A stretch of 63,648 bases of DNA, filler included, from Octopus bimaculoides (taxonomy: Eukaryota), in NCBI RefSeq assembly GCF_001194135.2. It is 7 parts of 6 records of this genome, joined end to end, with 100 filler letters (N's around TTAATTAATTAA, not from the genome) between each part and the next. Parts side by side here need not be neighbours in the genome. Positions count along the whole stretch, not along the records: positions 23,479 to 34,847 come from NC_069000.1; positions 34,948 to 40,564 come from NC_068989.1; 5 more parts are not named here. One strand, 5' to 3'. The notes under the pieces are model-generated. The model had not been told where the DNA came from, searched no databases, and saw only the letters and a list, made by a program, of their open reading frames with translations. Made by a program: the position numbers and the translations under genes. Shown here piece by piece: positions 24,581 to 35,264 of the stretch. Each line of letters begins with the position of its first letter. The stretch's first letter is position 1.

Positions 24581-24759
24581 TTTCAAATTTTGACACGAGG
24601 TTAACAATTTCGAGGAAGTGGGTAAGTCGATTACATCGACCTCAGTCCTCGAAACGACGAATTGTAAAGTCGACCTCGATGGAATTTGAACTCAGAACAT
24701 AAAGGCACTAAGCATTTTTTTTCCACGGTGTGCAAACGATTCTGCCTGCTCGTCGCCTT
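24581..24759 (-). mobile_element. SINE family B copy
   Basis: Reverse complement of the family consensus. Confidence 0.8.
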
Positions 24760-24991
24760 AGTAACAACAACAACAATGGCTTCAAATTTTGGAACAAGGC
24801 CAGCAATTTTCTGTGAAGAGGTTTAGTCGAGTGTAACAATCCCAGCACTTCACTGATATGTCTCATACTTATTCTGGCGGCTTCTTTCGCCGAAACATTA
24901 AGTTGTGGAAACATAAATAAACACCAGATTTCAAGTGGGATGAGGGTACAAAAACACACACACAATAAATATTATATATATATATATATGA

Positions 24992-25425
24992 TAATCTTCC
25001 AGTTTAGGGAGGTAAAAAAAAGTAAATAAAAATACAAGGGAAATAACTTAACGTCTTACTAGTATTATCCGTACCCTCCTCACCCCACCCGTTCGCGAGC
25101 GCGCATTCTTCATATTCGTTCCCAGCAAGTTGTTTTACACCTATTACACTAATTTTTTTTTATTTTTAAGCTCGGGTCAAACGCTTTAGTTTGACCGTTA
25201 TTTCCCTATATTGGAAGATTACCATAAGTTGTTGTACAGCCGGTACTATGATATTCAATCACGTGTGTGATTTATAACAGTTAACTTCAATCACTTGTGT
25301 GATTTATTTATAAACAGCTAAAAAAAAAACACATTTCAGAGTGGTACGGATAATACTAGTAAGACGTTAAGTTATTTCCCTTGTATTTTTATTTACTTTT
25401 TTTAACTCCCTAAACTGGAAGATTA
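24992..25425. mobile_element. MITE with about 84-bp near-perfect terminal inverted repeats
   Basis: 24992-25075 and 25343-25425 are inverted copies differing by one substitution and one 1-nt indel. The outermost TA dinucleotides could be a TSD. Confidence 0.85.
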
Positions 25426-25942
25426 CCTCAGCCCAGGGCTGAGGTCATGCTGCTGCACCACCTGTAGTTACTCGGAGCTGTTTCCGGTATTGTTTTTGGT
25501 GAAGCAGTAAGTTGGATGGAGCTGTTCTTTGCGTCTCCTCCCGAGATGTGGGTTCATCTGGTATCTCAGATAGAAACCTGTCCAAACGTTCCTTGATAAC
25601 TTCCACATCAACACCATGTAGATCTCTAAGGTTGCCTGACAGGATGTTGAACAATTACAGGCCCTTGAAACGCATACTATTGCAATACTGTGTCCTTATT
25701 TTAGATGGGGAAGGCGAGATCTTTGGTATGATACAGTGCCGTCCAGTTTGAGGATTGATATAGCTGTCAATTCCAAAACTGGGGGCTAAACCCTTCAAGA
25801 TCTTCCAGATATATATCACTGTATATCTCTCTCGTCTTCTCTCCAGGGAATAGAGACTCAGCTCCTTTAGCCTCTCCCAGTAGCCCATCTTTTACATCGA
25901 GTCAATCTTCTTTGTTTTAAATGCGCTGGATTTCTACATCAG
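25424..25942 (-). mobile_element. CR1/L2-group LINE 3' end
   Basis: MGYWERLKELSLYSLERRRERYTVIYIWKILKGL...FNILSGNLRDLHGVDVEVIKERLDRFLSEIPDEP...SNLLLHQ, ending in a 3' hairpin. Confidence 0.85.
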
Positions 25943-26690
25943 ATTTAAAAGGTTCTTAAACAAACTGAAAAATCCAGCAAAAGATTTCATTTGGATTTTT
26001 TGTCAAACGAGAAAAACTTCAACCACGATCAAAAAGTTAATAGAATAAATGATAGATGGTTATGTGCAGACCCTTCTGAAGTTCCAAGTGTTATGCAATC
26101 AAAATTTCCTGCAACTGATAAGGTTTTAGGGCTTGTCAGCAAAAAAGGACATGTGATGCCTCCTTACTTCTTTCCACAAGGCCTTAGAGTTAACTCTGCC
26201 ACCTACATTGAGGTCCTGAAAATAATTGCTAAACCCTGGATAGACAGTGTATGGAATGGAAGGCCATATGTGTTTCACTATCTGCGCTATCACACATGGC
26301 TCTATGAACACAGGAATGGATGACTGAAAATTTTCATGGTCACATAACCCCTGATATTTGGCCTCCTAATTCTCCAGATCTCAATCTATTGGACTATTAC
26401 ATATAGAGTGTTGAGTGTCAATGAACATGCCCATAACACCAAAGATTTCTTTGAAAGCTGCCATAGTCAGAATAGTGTCCAAAATGAACCAGGACCACTT
26501 GATTCGAGCATGTAGATGATTTAGATCTCATATAGAAGCAGTTGTTGAAGCTGAAGGTGGCTTTATTGAATAACATTATAGAAAAGAAGGTTTATTTTTA
26601 TCCTCATAGCATCTTTATTTATTTATTATGTTTTTTTTATAAACATAAATCTGTCCTCAAATATCAGAGGGGTAAATTGTTGGAGAGAAC
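25943..26690 (+). mobile_element. Tc1/mariner maT-like (DD37D-type) transposase pseudogene, 3' part
   Basis: FLSNEKNFNHDQKVNRINDRWLC...GHVMPPYFFPQGLRVN...KPWIDSV; after a frameshift WPPNSPDLNLLDYY; then IEAVVEAEGGFIE*. Confidence 0.8.
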
Positions 26691-26719
26691 AAATTTATAT
26701 TGCTTTGAAAAACTGTCTA

Positions 26720-27220
26720 TTTAATGCCCACTTCAGCCTTACTAGCATGGATTGGGCAGGAATTGATTTTGAGGTATTGTTTTGTAACCACCATGCTCTT
26801 CTTCTCACCAGGCCTCACCTGGTTTTTGCAGGTAAGGGAATTAAGGTACAATAATGGTTGTCTGATGAAGGATCCTAATTTCCAATCATGTGATCTTAGG
26901 TTCAGTTTCCAATGGGTGATAATTTGCATGAGTGTATATTACTATAACCGTGGCCAGACCAAAGCTTTGCAAATAGACAAAGATTGAAAGAAGAGTGTGA
27001 GCGTGTGTGTTCGTCTTGTGATGGTTTTAGATGAGCATCACCATCACACAAGCAAGGTTATTCATTTCTGTGAATAACATGTCTGGCCATGGGAGAATAT
27101 TACCTTACTTGGAAACAGTAAAGGTAGGTGACAAGGGCATCTGGCTATAGAAATTCAGCCCCAATAAACTGTCTGCTCCTTCCAAGCAAATAGAAAAGTG
27201 GACATTAAAATGATGGTGAC
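26720..27220 (+). mobile_element. diverged SINE-like repeats (A-like head, RTE-type tail)
   Basis: Decayed A-type head at about 26840-26970 and a tail resembling ggtgacaggaagggcatc...tagaaa. Confidence 0.4.
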
Positions 27221-27533
27221 AAATTAATAACGACCATGACTAATTTTCATTTACAAAGTCCATCACAAAGCAATAATGTATTTTATTCTTGAATACAAAA
27301 CAAAAAAATACATTTACATACATAATTTAAAAGATATCAGTAAAGTCGGATGTATAAGGGAAGGTTAACAGAGAGATCTGAACTATTTCATAATATTTAT
27401 TGAAAATAAATGTAAAAGAACAAAACAGCTATAATTTTGTTATATTTGCTTCAATGTACATAAGTATATTAAACACAGTTATATTTTGAATACATTATCT
27501 ATCTACATAGGTCTTCAGACTGTTTCACATATA

Positions 27534-27890
27534 TAGGGTGTCCCAATAAATCTGACATCATTTCATCGCGTAATAACATGAACAAATTGTCCAAAATTTT
27601 AGTAGCATGTCTAGAATTCAATATACTTAATATATGATCTGTCATATGTTTTTTTTCTTTTCAGGATTAGACATGCCATTTACTGCAACAGAAAAGGCAT
27701 TTTGTGTATTGAAGTAGGACCAAACTCAGTCAAATTTGAATATGCAACATGTATTTGTTAGATTTCATTAACAAGCGTCAACGGGAAAGCAGATTTGGAT
27801 GTGGTATAATAAGTTTCAAAAGGAAGGCTGTGTCGGAAAACAGGATCTGGACAGCCAGCAGTTTCAGAAGAAATGGTGAACCAACTTCAA
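27534..27890 (+). mobile_element. Tc1/mariner 5' end with decayed HTH (DUF4817-like) ORF start
   Basis: TIR-like tagggtgtccca; MPFTATEKAFCVLK*...QIWMWYNKFQKEGCV...SGQPAVSEEMV resembles the N-terminus of DUF4817-type transposases. Confidence 0.55.
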
Positions 27891-28341
27891 GAAATACATT
27901 CTCTTTCAGTGCTTTTTACTGCTCTTGTTTAATTGTTGGTTTTTCCCTTTTAGGATTACCATTGTGTTTTGAACTGTTATACAACGTTTGCTGTTTTCTG
28001 TGTCTTTTGGACACATTGCCTGCTTTAGCAGGTTTGTTTTTTGTGAAAATTCCCCCTATTTGGGGGCGAATTGTTTTCCTTTGAGGAAAAGCTTTTTACA
28101 CACTCAGTACATGGAAGTTGACACCTCCCAATATGTAATTCCAGACTACTCCTTCCTCCCATTTTGCCAAATAAAGGAAGAGGAAAACATACCAGAGAAT
28201 GATAAAACCGAGGAGAGTAAGAAAAAGTTTTTTTAGCTGATTTATTTTATTTAGACTTTTAGTCACATGATACGCTTTACAATTTTTAGTTGATTGTATA
28301 TAGCTTCTTGATAGGCCATTCTATATATCTGTATTTTTATT

Positions 28342-28381
<40 letters not shown>

Positions 28382-28630
28382 TACCTTGTGTTTTTTATAT
28401 ATGTACACTTTATATGTTTAAGGGCCATGGTAATATTTATATACATGAACAAATGTTTGGAGGTGTGGTGTTATATATAAAGTCGTTGACTCAAATGTGA
28501 TATTTGTTCTATGATCAATGTTTTTTTTTATCTCTGTCTCAATTACATTTGAGCACTTCTTTTTTGCAGTCTTATAAACCCTTTTGTCTCCATAAAAAGA
28601 GGCAAAAACTATTTCTTGTCATATATATGT

Positions 28631-28996
28631 GTGGCTATATAAGTAGCTTGCTTACCAACCACATAGCTCTGGGTTCAGTCCCACTGCATGGCACCTTGGG
28701 CAAGTGTTTTCTACTATAGCCCCGGGCTGACCAAAGCCTTGTGAGTGGATTTGGTAAACAGAAACTGAAAGAAGCTCATTATATATATGTGCGTGTGTGT
28801 GTGTCTGTCTGTCTGTCCCCACAATATCCCTTAACAACTGATATTGGTGTGTTTATGTCCCCGTAACTAAGCGGTTCAGGAAAAGACTGATAGAATAAGT
28901 ACTAAACTTACAAAGAATAAGTTCTGGGGTCGATTTATTCGACTAAAGGCAGTGCTCCAGCATGGCCGCAGTCAAATGATGGAAACAAATAAAAGA
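28631..28996 (+). mobile_element. SINE family A, near full-length
   Basis: Colinear with 45621-45996. Confidence 0.9.
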
Positions 28997-30225
28997 CTAT
29001 ACACACACACACACATTAAGCCATGCTGATGATATTTAAAAGGGATGAAATAGTACTATGATTACTAGAAACTAGATATTGTAAGAACTTTGTCATTGGA
29101 AAAAAAAAAAATGGGAACTATGTTTCCTCTTCGTATTCTTTGATTTCCATTTCAAAATCTCAACTCATGCTGTGAAGAGATAGTTACCTCCTGTAACATT
29201 AATGCATATCCAGAGGGCACCACATGTGAGTGTGTATATTATATATTTTCTTGAACAAACACCAATTACATTCCATTTTCACAATTTGAAAGAGACCTTA
29301 AGACAATACAGAAGAGCTTCTTTACCATACACAGGTGCAACGAAGAAAAGAATATGCAATTTGATGTAGAATGAAATAATTTCACCCCTCAGAAGCCTGT
29401 TGAAGAGCATAAGAAAAAAATATTTCAATACCAATTAAAATAAAAAGCTCCCTGCAAAAAAAAACAAAAAAAACCGCAACACACTTGTTCACCAAATACC
29501 AACTGCACCACTTGAGAATTGTGACCATACATGCTTCGGTCGAAAAGACTATTTTGTTTGTTTGTACAGGTAGTGTCTATGTTCTTCACTAGAGACTTTC
29601 AAGCCCAGCATTGCAGGACATCAACACATTCATCAGTTATACAATGTGCTGAAGAAATATTTGCAATTAGAATAAATTTTTTCCAACAAGTATTTACTCT
29701 TACATCTTCATTTTGACACTATTTTCTTTCTAACTGGAGTATTTGGGGAGTGCAGAAGTTAACATATTAAAAATCTGTACAAAATATTTTTGAACTACCT
29801 CAACAGATAACAAACCTTCTCAAGCCATTGTTACAAGAAATGAAACTTTCAAATTATAGACAGGTGTACTGATACATTAAAAACTGCTTTCAACCTACAA
29901 AGTTCAGATTTTCTCAAAGTGAAAATGCAGCAACATCACTTTGTCCATATTCCTTGGTACATTGAATCTCCAGCAAGTAGCTGCAGCAAAACAACTGCTC
30001 CTAGGCACCACAAGTAATTGGAATGGTGGAGAAAAAAGGCTCCATTTGCACATTACCTCAGGTATAAAAGCATACAAGTGTGTCAGTTGTGTGTAAGTTT
30101 TTCTCAGAGTACCGCTGTGACCAAGCAAACGTAACACCAGTGCCTGGTTCAATCCAGCACTTCTTCACAATGACCCACATGAGGAACATCAACAAAGCTT
30201 TAACAAAATAGCTGTACATCAGAGT

Positions 30226-30390
30226 TTAATTGTGATAATCTTCAAGGTTGTCCAGACAGGAGGTAACAGAGTCAGTATATTCCAAGATGACTGAAGATCC
30301 ATCGAAAATTTCTTCTAATTTTATCAACTCTTCAAGAGATTTCTCAACAGGTAACCGATGCCCATCAGAATGGCAAAACAAGGCAAGACA
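30226..30390 (-). CDS. ZFAND1: AN1-type zinc finger protein 1, last coding exon
   Basis: Acceptor tctcttttcag|, phase 0. CLALFCHSDGHRLPVEKSLEE...FDGSSVILEY...DYHN* matches the ZFAND1 C-terminus (LRLCHITSGEALPLDHTLE...YNGGNIILEY). Confidence 0.9.
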   Translation of the reverse strand, partial: CLALFCHSDGHRLPVEKSLEELIKLEEIFDGSSVILEYTDSVTSCLDNLEDYHN

Positions 30391-31132
30391 CTGAAAAGAG
30401 ATGTAATTTATGAATATATACATACACACACACATATGTATGTGTGAATACATAATATATACATATGTACGTGTGTGTATGTATATATATATATGACATG
30501 CACACACATATTTGTGCATACGTGTGTATACACACTCACACTAACATAGATCATACCCAACTCCTTATCCACCAATCACAACTTCTATTCTCAATCCTAT
30601 CTGATATTTACAACTGTCACCTACTCTTCTCTATTTTTACACTCTTAATCTTCATTCTTCAGTCACATCCTCACCCATTCTTCATCCCATACACTCTTGC
30701 CACCTCAACCAATCATTCACTCTTTTCCAGTCCCCAATCACTTCTACTAACCTTTTTACTTTGAGGGATACATCAGCACCCCTACTTTCCAGCTCTACCC
30801 ATCACCCTCATCCTCTACAAAAATGTGAGTAGCCATGGAGCTTCACTACAGCAGGAAACCTTTCCTGGCCTTCTACTAGCACAGAGCTAGCTCCTTCTCG
30901 ACTTTAGCTCCACCCAGTCAAAAAGTATCTTAGACCACACTTAAAATTGACGGTCTTCTTTACAAGCTGAAAGACTATGTACAACCAGTGATAATATGGA
31001 AACCACTGATAAGCAGCCTTTATTGCTCAGTATGAGGAGATTGAGGTCCAGAGAAGGTTTTGTATGGATTTCTACTAATTACTCAAGAACTTTCATGTTA
31101 ACTAGACGCTCAATACCATCATAATCACTCAC

Positions 31133-31213
31133 CTTATCATCAGAACGATTATTCTTATTCAGAATGTTATAGTTGTCACTTAATTTGTCGATCACTTTAC
31201 CAACTTTGAGGGC
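31133..31213 (-). CDS. ZFAND1: ZFAND1 internal exon (81 nt, phase 0/0)
   Basis: tttcag| acceptor and AAG|GTGAGT donor. ALKVGKVIDKLSDNYNILNKNNRSDDK aligns with WSIGKAIDFAASLARLKNDNNK. Confidence 0.85.
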
Positions 31214-31290
31214 CTGAAATAGAGAATCAGAACTTGTATTTTATGTGCAAATACCAAAAGATTATTTAGTGTGAAGAAAAAGGAAAATTC

Positions 31291-31552
31291 ATTTGAGCAC
31301 TCCACGGACACGTGTACCCTTAACGTAGTTCTCAAGGAGATTCAGAGTGACAAGGCTGACCCTTTGAATTACAGGCACAACAGAAACAGGAAGAAAGAGT
31401 GAGAGAAAGTTGTGGTGAAAGAGTACAGCAGGATTCGCCGCCATCCCCTGCCGGAGCCTCGTGGAGCTTTAGGCATTTTCACTCAATAAACACTCACAAC
31501 GCTTGGTCTGGGAATCGAAAATGTGATCCTACGACTGCGAGTCCACTGCCCT
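31291..31552 (-). mobile_element. SINE family C
   Basis: Reverse complement gives a tRNA-like head (ggcagtggactcgcagtcgtaggatc...ttcgattcccagacc), a TC-rich body and aagggtacacgtgtc. A partial tail lies near 50490-50560. Confidence 0.7.
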
Positions 31553-32362
31553 CCACATGACTTGATAAATGTTTTAAAATATGCAAGCAAGGGACAATTT
31601 CTGCAACTAAAAAACAACATATTAGGGTAAAAGATCTAGATCAGGAGTCAGGGAACTTTTTCAACCAATTACTCCAAAATATATTCATTTACACCAAAGN
31701 NNNNNNNNNTTTATATGGAGAGTACAATTACAAATATAAAAAGGATAAAACAAATGCAAGAAAATAAATTAATATTCTCATTATGAAGCAAAAGGATTTT
31801 TCTAGAAACTTTTTCACTTCAGGTTTTGGAGAAACGACATTTCATTTTTGTTACAAATGCATCAAAATTAGGGCATTTTGATGCCAGAGAAATTTTGGAT
31901 ACAGTTTTCAGGGTCCAATTGGTTGCATTGAATAACTACTTAAATCTACTTAAACAAAGCAAAACCACATGTGTAAAAAAAAAATAAGGTTAAGGCAGGT
32001 AATAGACAACTAACAATATCTGTTTAGTCACTTGACAACACCTTAGCAACCAAATTGTTTGTAGTTTAAAATGGCATGACATCATCTAAACATGTTCGTT
32101 ACATTGGACAGAAGAAAAATTTGTCGTAACAAGGAACACATTTTTTATATAATTTTACATTTGCCTAATGAGTCCTCATTACCCTCAAGAATTTCACTTT
32201 TACCCCTGTTCGCCAGTCTCTAGATTAATATATTCTTCAATACACAATCATACAAACTTGGATAAATATTTATTTATATATATATATATATATATTTTAA
32301 AGTATATTTGCCACCTAAATGTGGCTGACCCATATGGGATGATGCCACTGTTGTTTATAGTG

Positions 32363-32588
32363 AATATTATTTACATTTGCCAGATATCTGTCCTCATCTT
32401 GTTTGTTGTTAATACAATGTTTTGGCTGATATACCCTCCAGCCTTCATCAGGTGTCTAGGGGAAATTTTGAACCTGGGTTCTCATTCCTAAGGCATTTTT
32501 CGATATTATTATTCAGATCACTGCTTGGAATCGAACTCAGAATCTTGGGATTAGTATCTTGCTCTCTTAGCTACTACGCCATATGCCC
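32363..32588 (-). mobile_element. tRNA-headed SINE with Penelope-type hammerhead-like 3' part
   Basis: A box TGGCGTAGTAG (32571-32581) and B box GTTCGATTCC (32527-32536), then gacac-CTGATGA-A-GGCTG-loop-CAGCC-AAAAC-ATT-GTATT. Confidence 0.65.
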
Positions 32589-33099
32589 ATGGACATATGG
32601 CATAGTGGTTAATTCCTCATCACTTAAATATAGAACTATTCAAGTGAAGTATGCAGGATGTAGACATTCACATGTGTACAAACACACACACACACACACA
32701 ACAGACTCCCACAGAGTTTTTATCCAGAAAAGTCACTCAAAAAACCATTGGTTATCCTGAAATTATCATAGAAAACACTTGAAGGTGCTACACAGTGGAA
32801 TTGAACCCAGAACGACATGGTCGAGAAGCAGACTTCTTATCTACACAGCTATTCCTGTGAAATTTAAGAAACACAAAACCCAACAAAAGTAGCATGGAAC
32901 ACAAAAATGAAAACCATTTTGATTTTCATGTCAATAAAAAAAAATACTTGTAAAGTACAGAGAGAATGGGAGGTTGTTGAGAATTACAAATGAACGCCAT
33001 ACTTATTTTAGAAATAAATATTGCAACTATTTTGACTAAAATCACTACGGAACCAAGAAAAAAAAGAGTGTATATATCATATGAAGACCTAGCACATAC

Positions 33100-33299
33100 C
33101 TTATAAAAGTAAAGAGCTTTTGATTCTTGTCCACTCTGTTTTGGTAAGAATGCTAACAAATGTACTCGATTCTCTGAGAGAACGTTCTTGTCCCCAACAG
33201 CTTTCATCTTCAACTTCATAAGTGCTAGCTTTGCAGCCATTTTCTCCACTTTAGCACTTGGTTTTGCCGTCCCTTGTGGTTTTGGTTTGGATGCTTTTT
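33100..33299 (-). CDS. ZFAND1: ZFAND1 internal exon (200 nt, phase 1/0)
   Basis: cag| acceptor and AAG|GTATGT donor. AAKLALMKLKMKAVGDKNVLSENRVHLLAFLPKQSGQESKALYF matches AAKVALMKLKMHADGDKSLPQTERIYFQVFLPKGSKEKSKPMFF. Confidence 0.92.
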
Positions 33300-33865
33300 C
33301 TGTTTTTTTTTTGGGGGGGGGGGTGATTAAAAAAAACAATAAAAGAAAAAAAAATTTTTACGATACAGATTTCATTTAAAAAAAAAGCAGCAAAGATATG
33401 AAAATTAGTCTAAGACGAAAGAAGAAAAAAAAGACTAAAATTGTAATATTAAGAACAAAACAATTAGAAAATAGATATTAAAAATACACATTACATTTAA
33501 ATAGCATTTAAGATGCCCATTTTCCTCCAAAAACTTACCCCAGGTCTTATATGCAAAAGTTGGGTCTTTATTACATGCTTTAACCCTTCAGCATTCAAAT
33601 TTCTTTGTCAAATGGACTTATTTCAGTCATTAGACTGTGGCCATACTAGAGCACAGCCCTGATGGGTTTGCAGAACAAACCAGCACCAGCATTTATATTT
33701 AAATCCTGGTACATAAACCATCGGTCACTTTTGCCAAACCATTAAGTTATGGAGAAACTGAAGATATGTCTAGTTTATACTCGATAGGAAACCAATTGTT
33801 TTTTTCTAAACTGTTACTTTACACATACAAAAATAAATAAATATATATATATATCATCGGTGCTT

Positions 33866-34165
33866 TTTATGTGCCACTGGCACGGGGATCACAACAACAA
33901 CTTCCATTTGATTTTGATTTACTTGACTCAATAGGTCTCTGGTCATTGCCAGCTTCCTCTGGCCCCTGTGCCGGTGACATGTAAAAAGCACCCACTACAC
34001 TCTCGGAGTGGTTGGCATTAGGAAGGGCATCCAACTGTAGAAACTCTGCCAGATTAGACTGGAGCCTGGAGCAGCCTCCTGGCTTCCCAGACCCCAGTTG
34101 AACCGTCCAACCCATGCTAGCATGGAAAACGGATGTTAAACAATGATGATGATGATGATGATGAT
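33866..34165 (-). mobile_element. abundant RTE-tail-type short repeat (family E)
   Basis: Reverse complement: (CAT)n-tttaacatccgttttccatgctagcatgggttggacgg...ggatgcccttcctaatgccaaccactccgagagt. Another end lies at about 40905-40935. Confidence 0.65.
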
Positions 34166-34247
34166 GATACATACATACATACATACATACAAGAAGAGAT
34201 ATAAAAACCAAGCTCAGAAAGCTTATCAGTCCTCAAGTAACACTTAC

Positions 34248-34336
34248 CTAAAATCTTACCAACATGTTCTGCAGTTTTAGAAACCTCTTCCTTTTCTTCT
34301 TCCTCCAGACATTTGTGGTCCCAGGAATGTCTATGT
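34248..34336 (-). CDS. ZFAND1: ZFAND1 exon carrying the end of the second AN1 zinc finger (89 nt, phase 2/1)
   Basis: ttcttgtag| acceptor and TTAG|GTAAGT donor. HRHSWDHKC supplies the H-x5-H-x-C ligands of an AN1 finger; the phase fits the 33299 exon. Confidence 0.9.
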
Positions 34337-34771
34337 CTACAAGAAACACACACACACATATATATATTTATATATATATATATATATATTAAATACAATA
34401 TAGTTTTCTAATACATGAGGAAGTCAAAGTTACCAGGAAAATCTATGGATTTCAACGGGTGCCATAATTTATGGCGAGTATTAAACTATTACTTATTTCA
34501 TCTAGAGTAGCAGTGAAAAATGAAATCAGTGATCATGTGCTCAAACCCAACCAATGCAATCACGAAAGAAAAACTTGAAATAGTAACACAGCAAATCAAT
34601 GTATACATGTGTGCAGAGTGTGTGAATAAATATACAAAAGAAAAGAGATGACAAAGGGATAATCAATTATCTTATGAATTTCATTAGCTTACAGTCGTTT
34701 CCACTATAACAGATGGTTAAGTGTCTGAATAACACCTTACAGTTTCATCAGAGCCTCAGATATCATCATCA

Positions 34772-34827
34772 TCATCGTTTAACGTCCGCTTTCCATGCTA
34801 GCATGGAAAGCGGACGTTAAACGATGA
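34772..34827. repeat. perfect 56-bp palindrome made of two family-E ends
   Basis: tcatcgtttaacgtccgctttccatgct|agcatggaaagcggacgttaaacgatga, extended by (CAT)n/(ATG)n. Confidence 0.95.
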
Positions 34828-34949
34828 CGATGATGATGATAATGATGNNNNNNNNNNNNNNNNNNNNNNNNNNNNNNNNNNNNNNNNNNNNTTAATTAAT
34901 TAANNNNNNNNNNNNNNNNNNNNNNNNNNNNNNNNNNNNNNNNNNNNAT

Positions 34950-34981
<32 letters not shown>

Positions 34982-34997
34982 ACATACATATATACAT

Positions 34998-35172
34998 ATT
35001 CTTTTACTTGTTTCAGTCATTTTGACTGTGGCCATGCTGGATCACCGCCTTTTAGTCGAAAAAATCGACTTATTCTGGTACTTATTTTATCGTGTCTTTT
35101 GCCGAACCGTTAATTTACGGGGACGTAAACACATCAATATCGGTTGTCAAGCGATGGTTGGGGACAAACACA
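34998..35172 (-). mobile_element. SINE family A, 3' half
   Basis: cttttacttgtttcagtcat...gactgtggccatgctgg...ggttgtcaagcgatgg. Confidence 0.8.
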
Positions 35173-35196
35173 GATGCAAACACAAATATAAACATA

Positions 35197-35264
<68 letters not shown>

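Noticed and set aside
29150-29225. Cys-rich frame SCCEEIVTSCNINAYPEGTT with a GTGAGT donor
   Set aside because: No usable acceptor gives this frame, and there is no EGF/EMI spacing. It probably lies in ZFAND1 3' UTR or flank.
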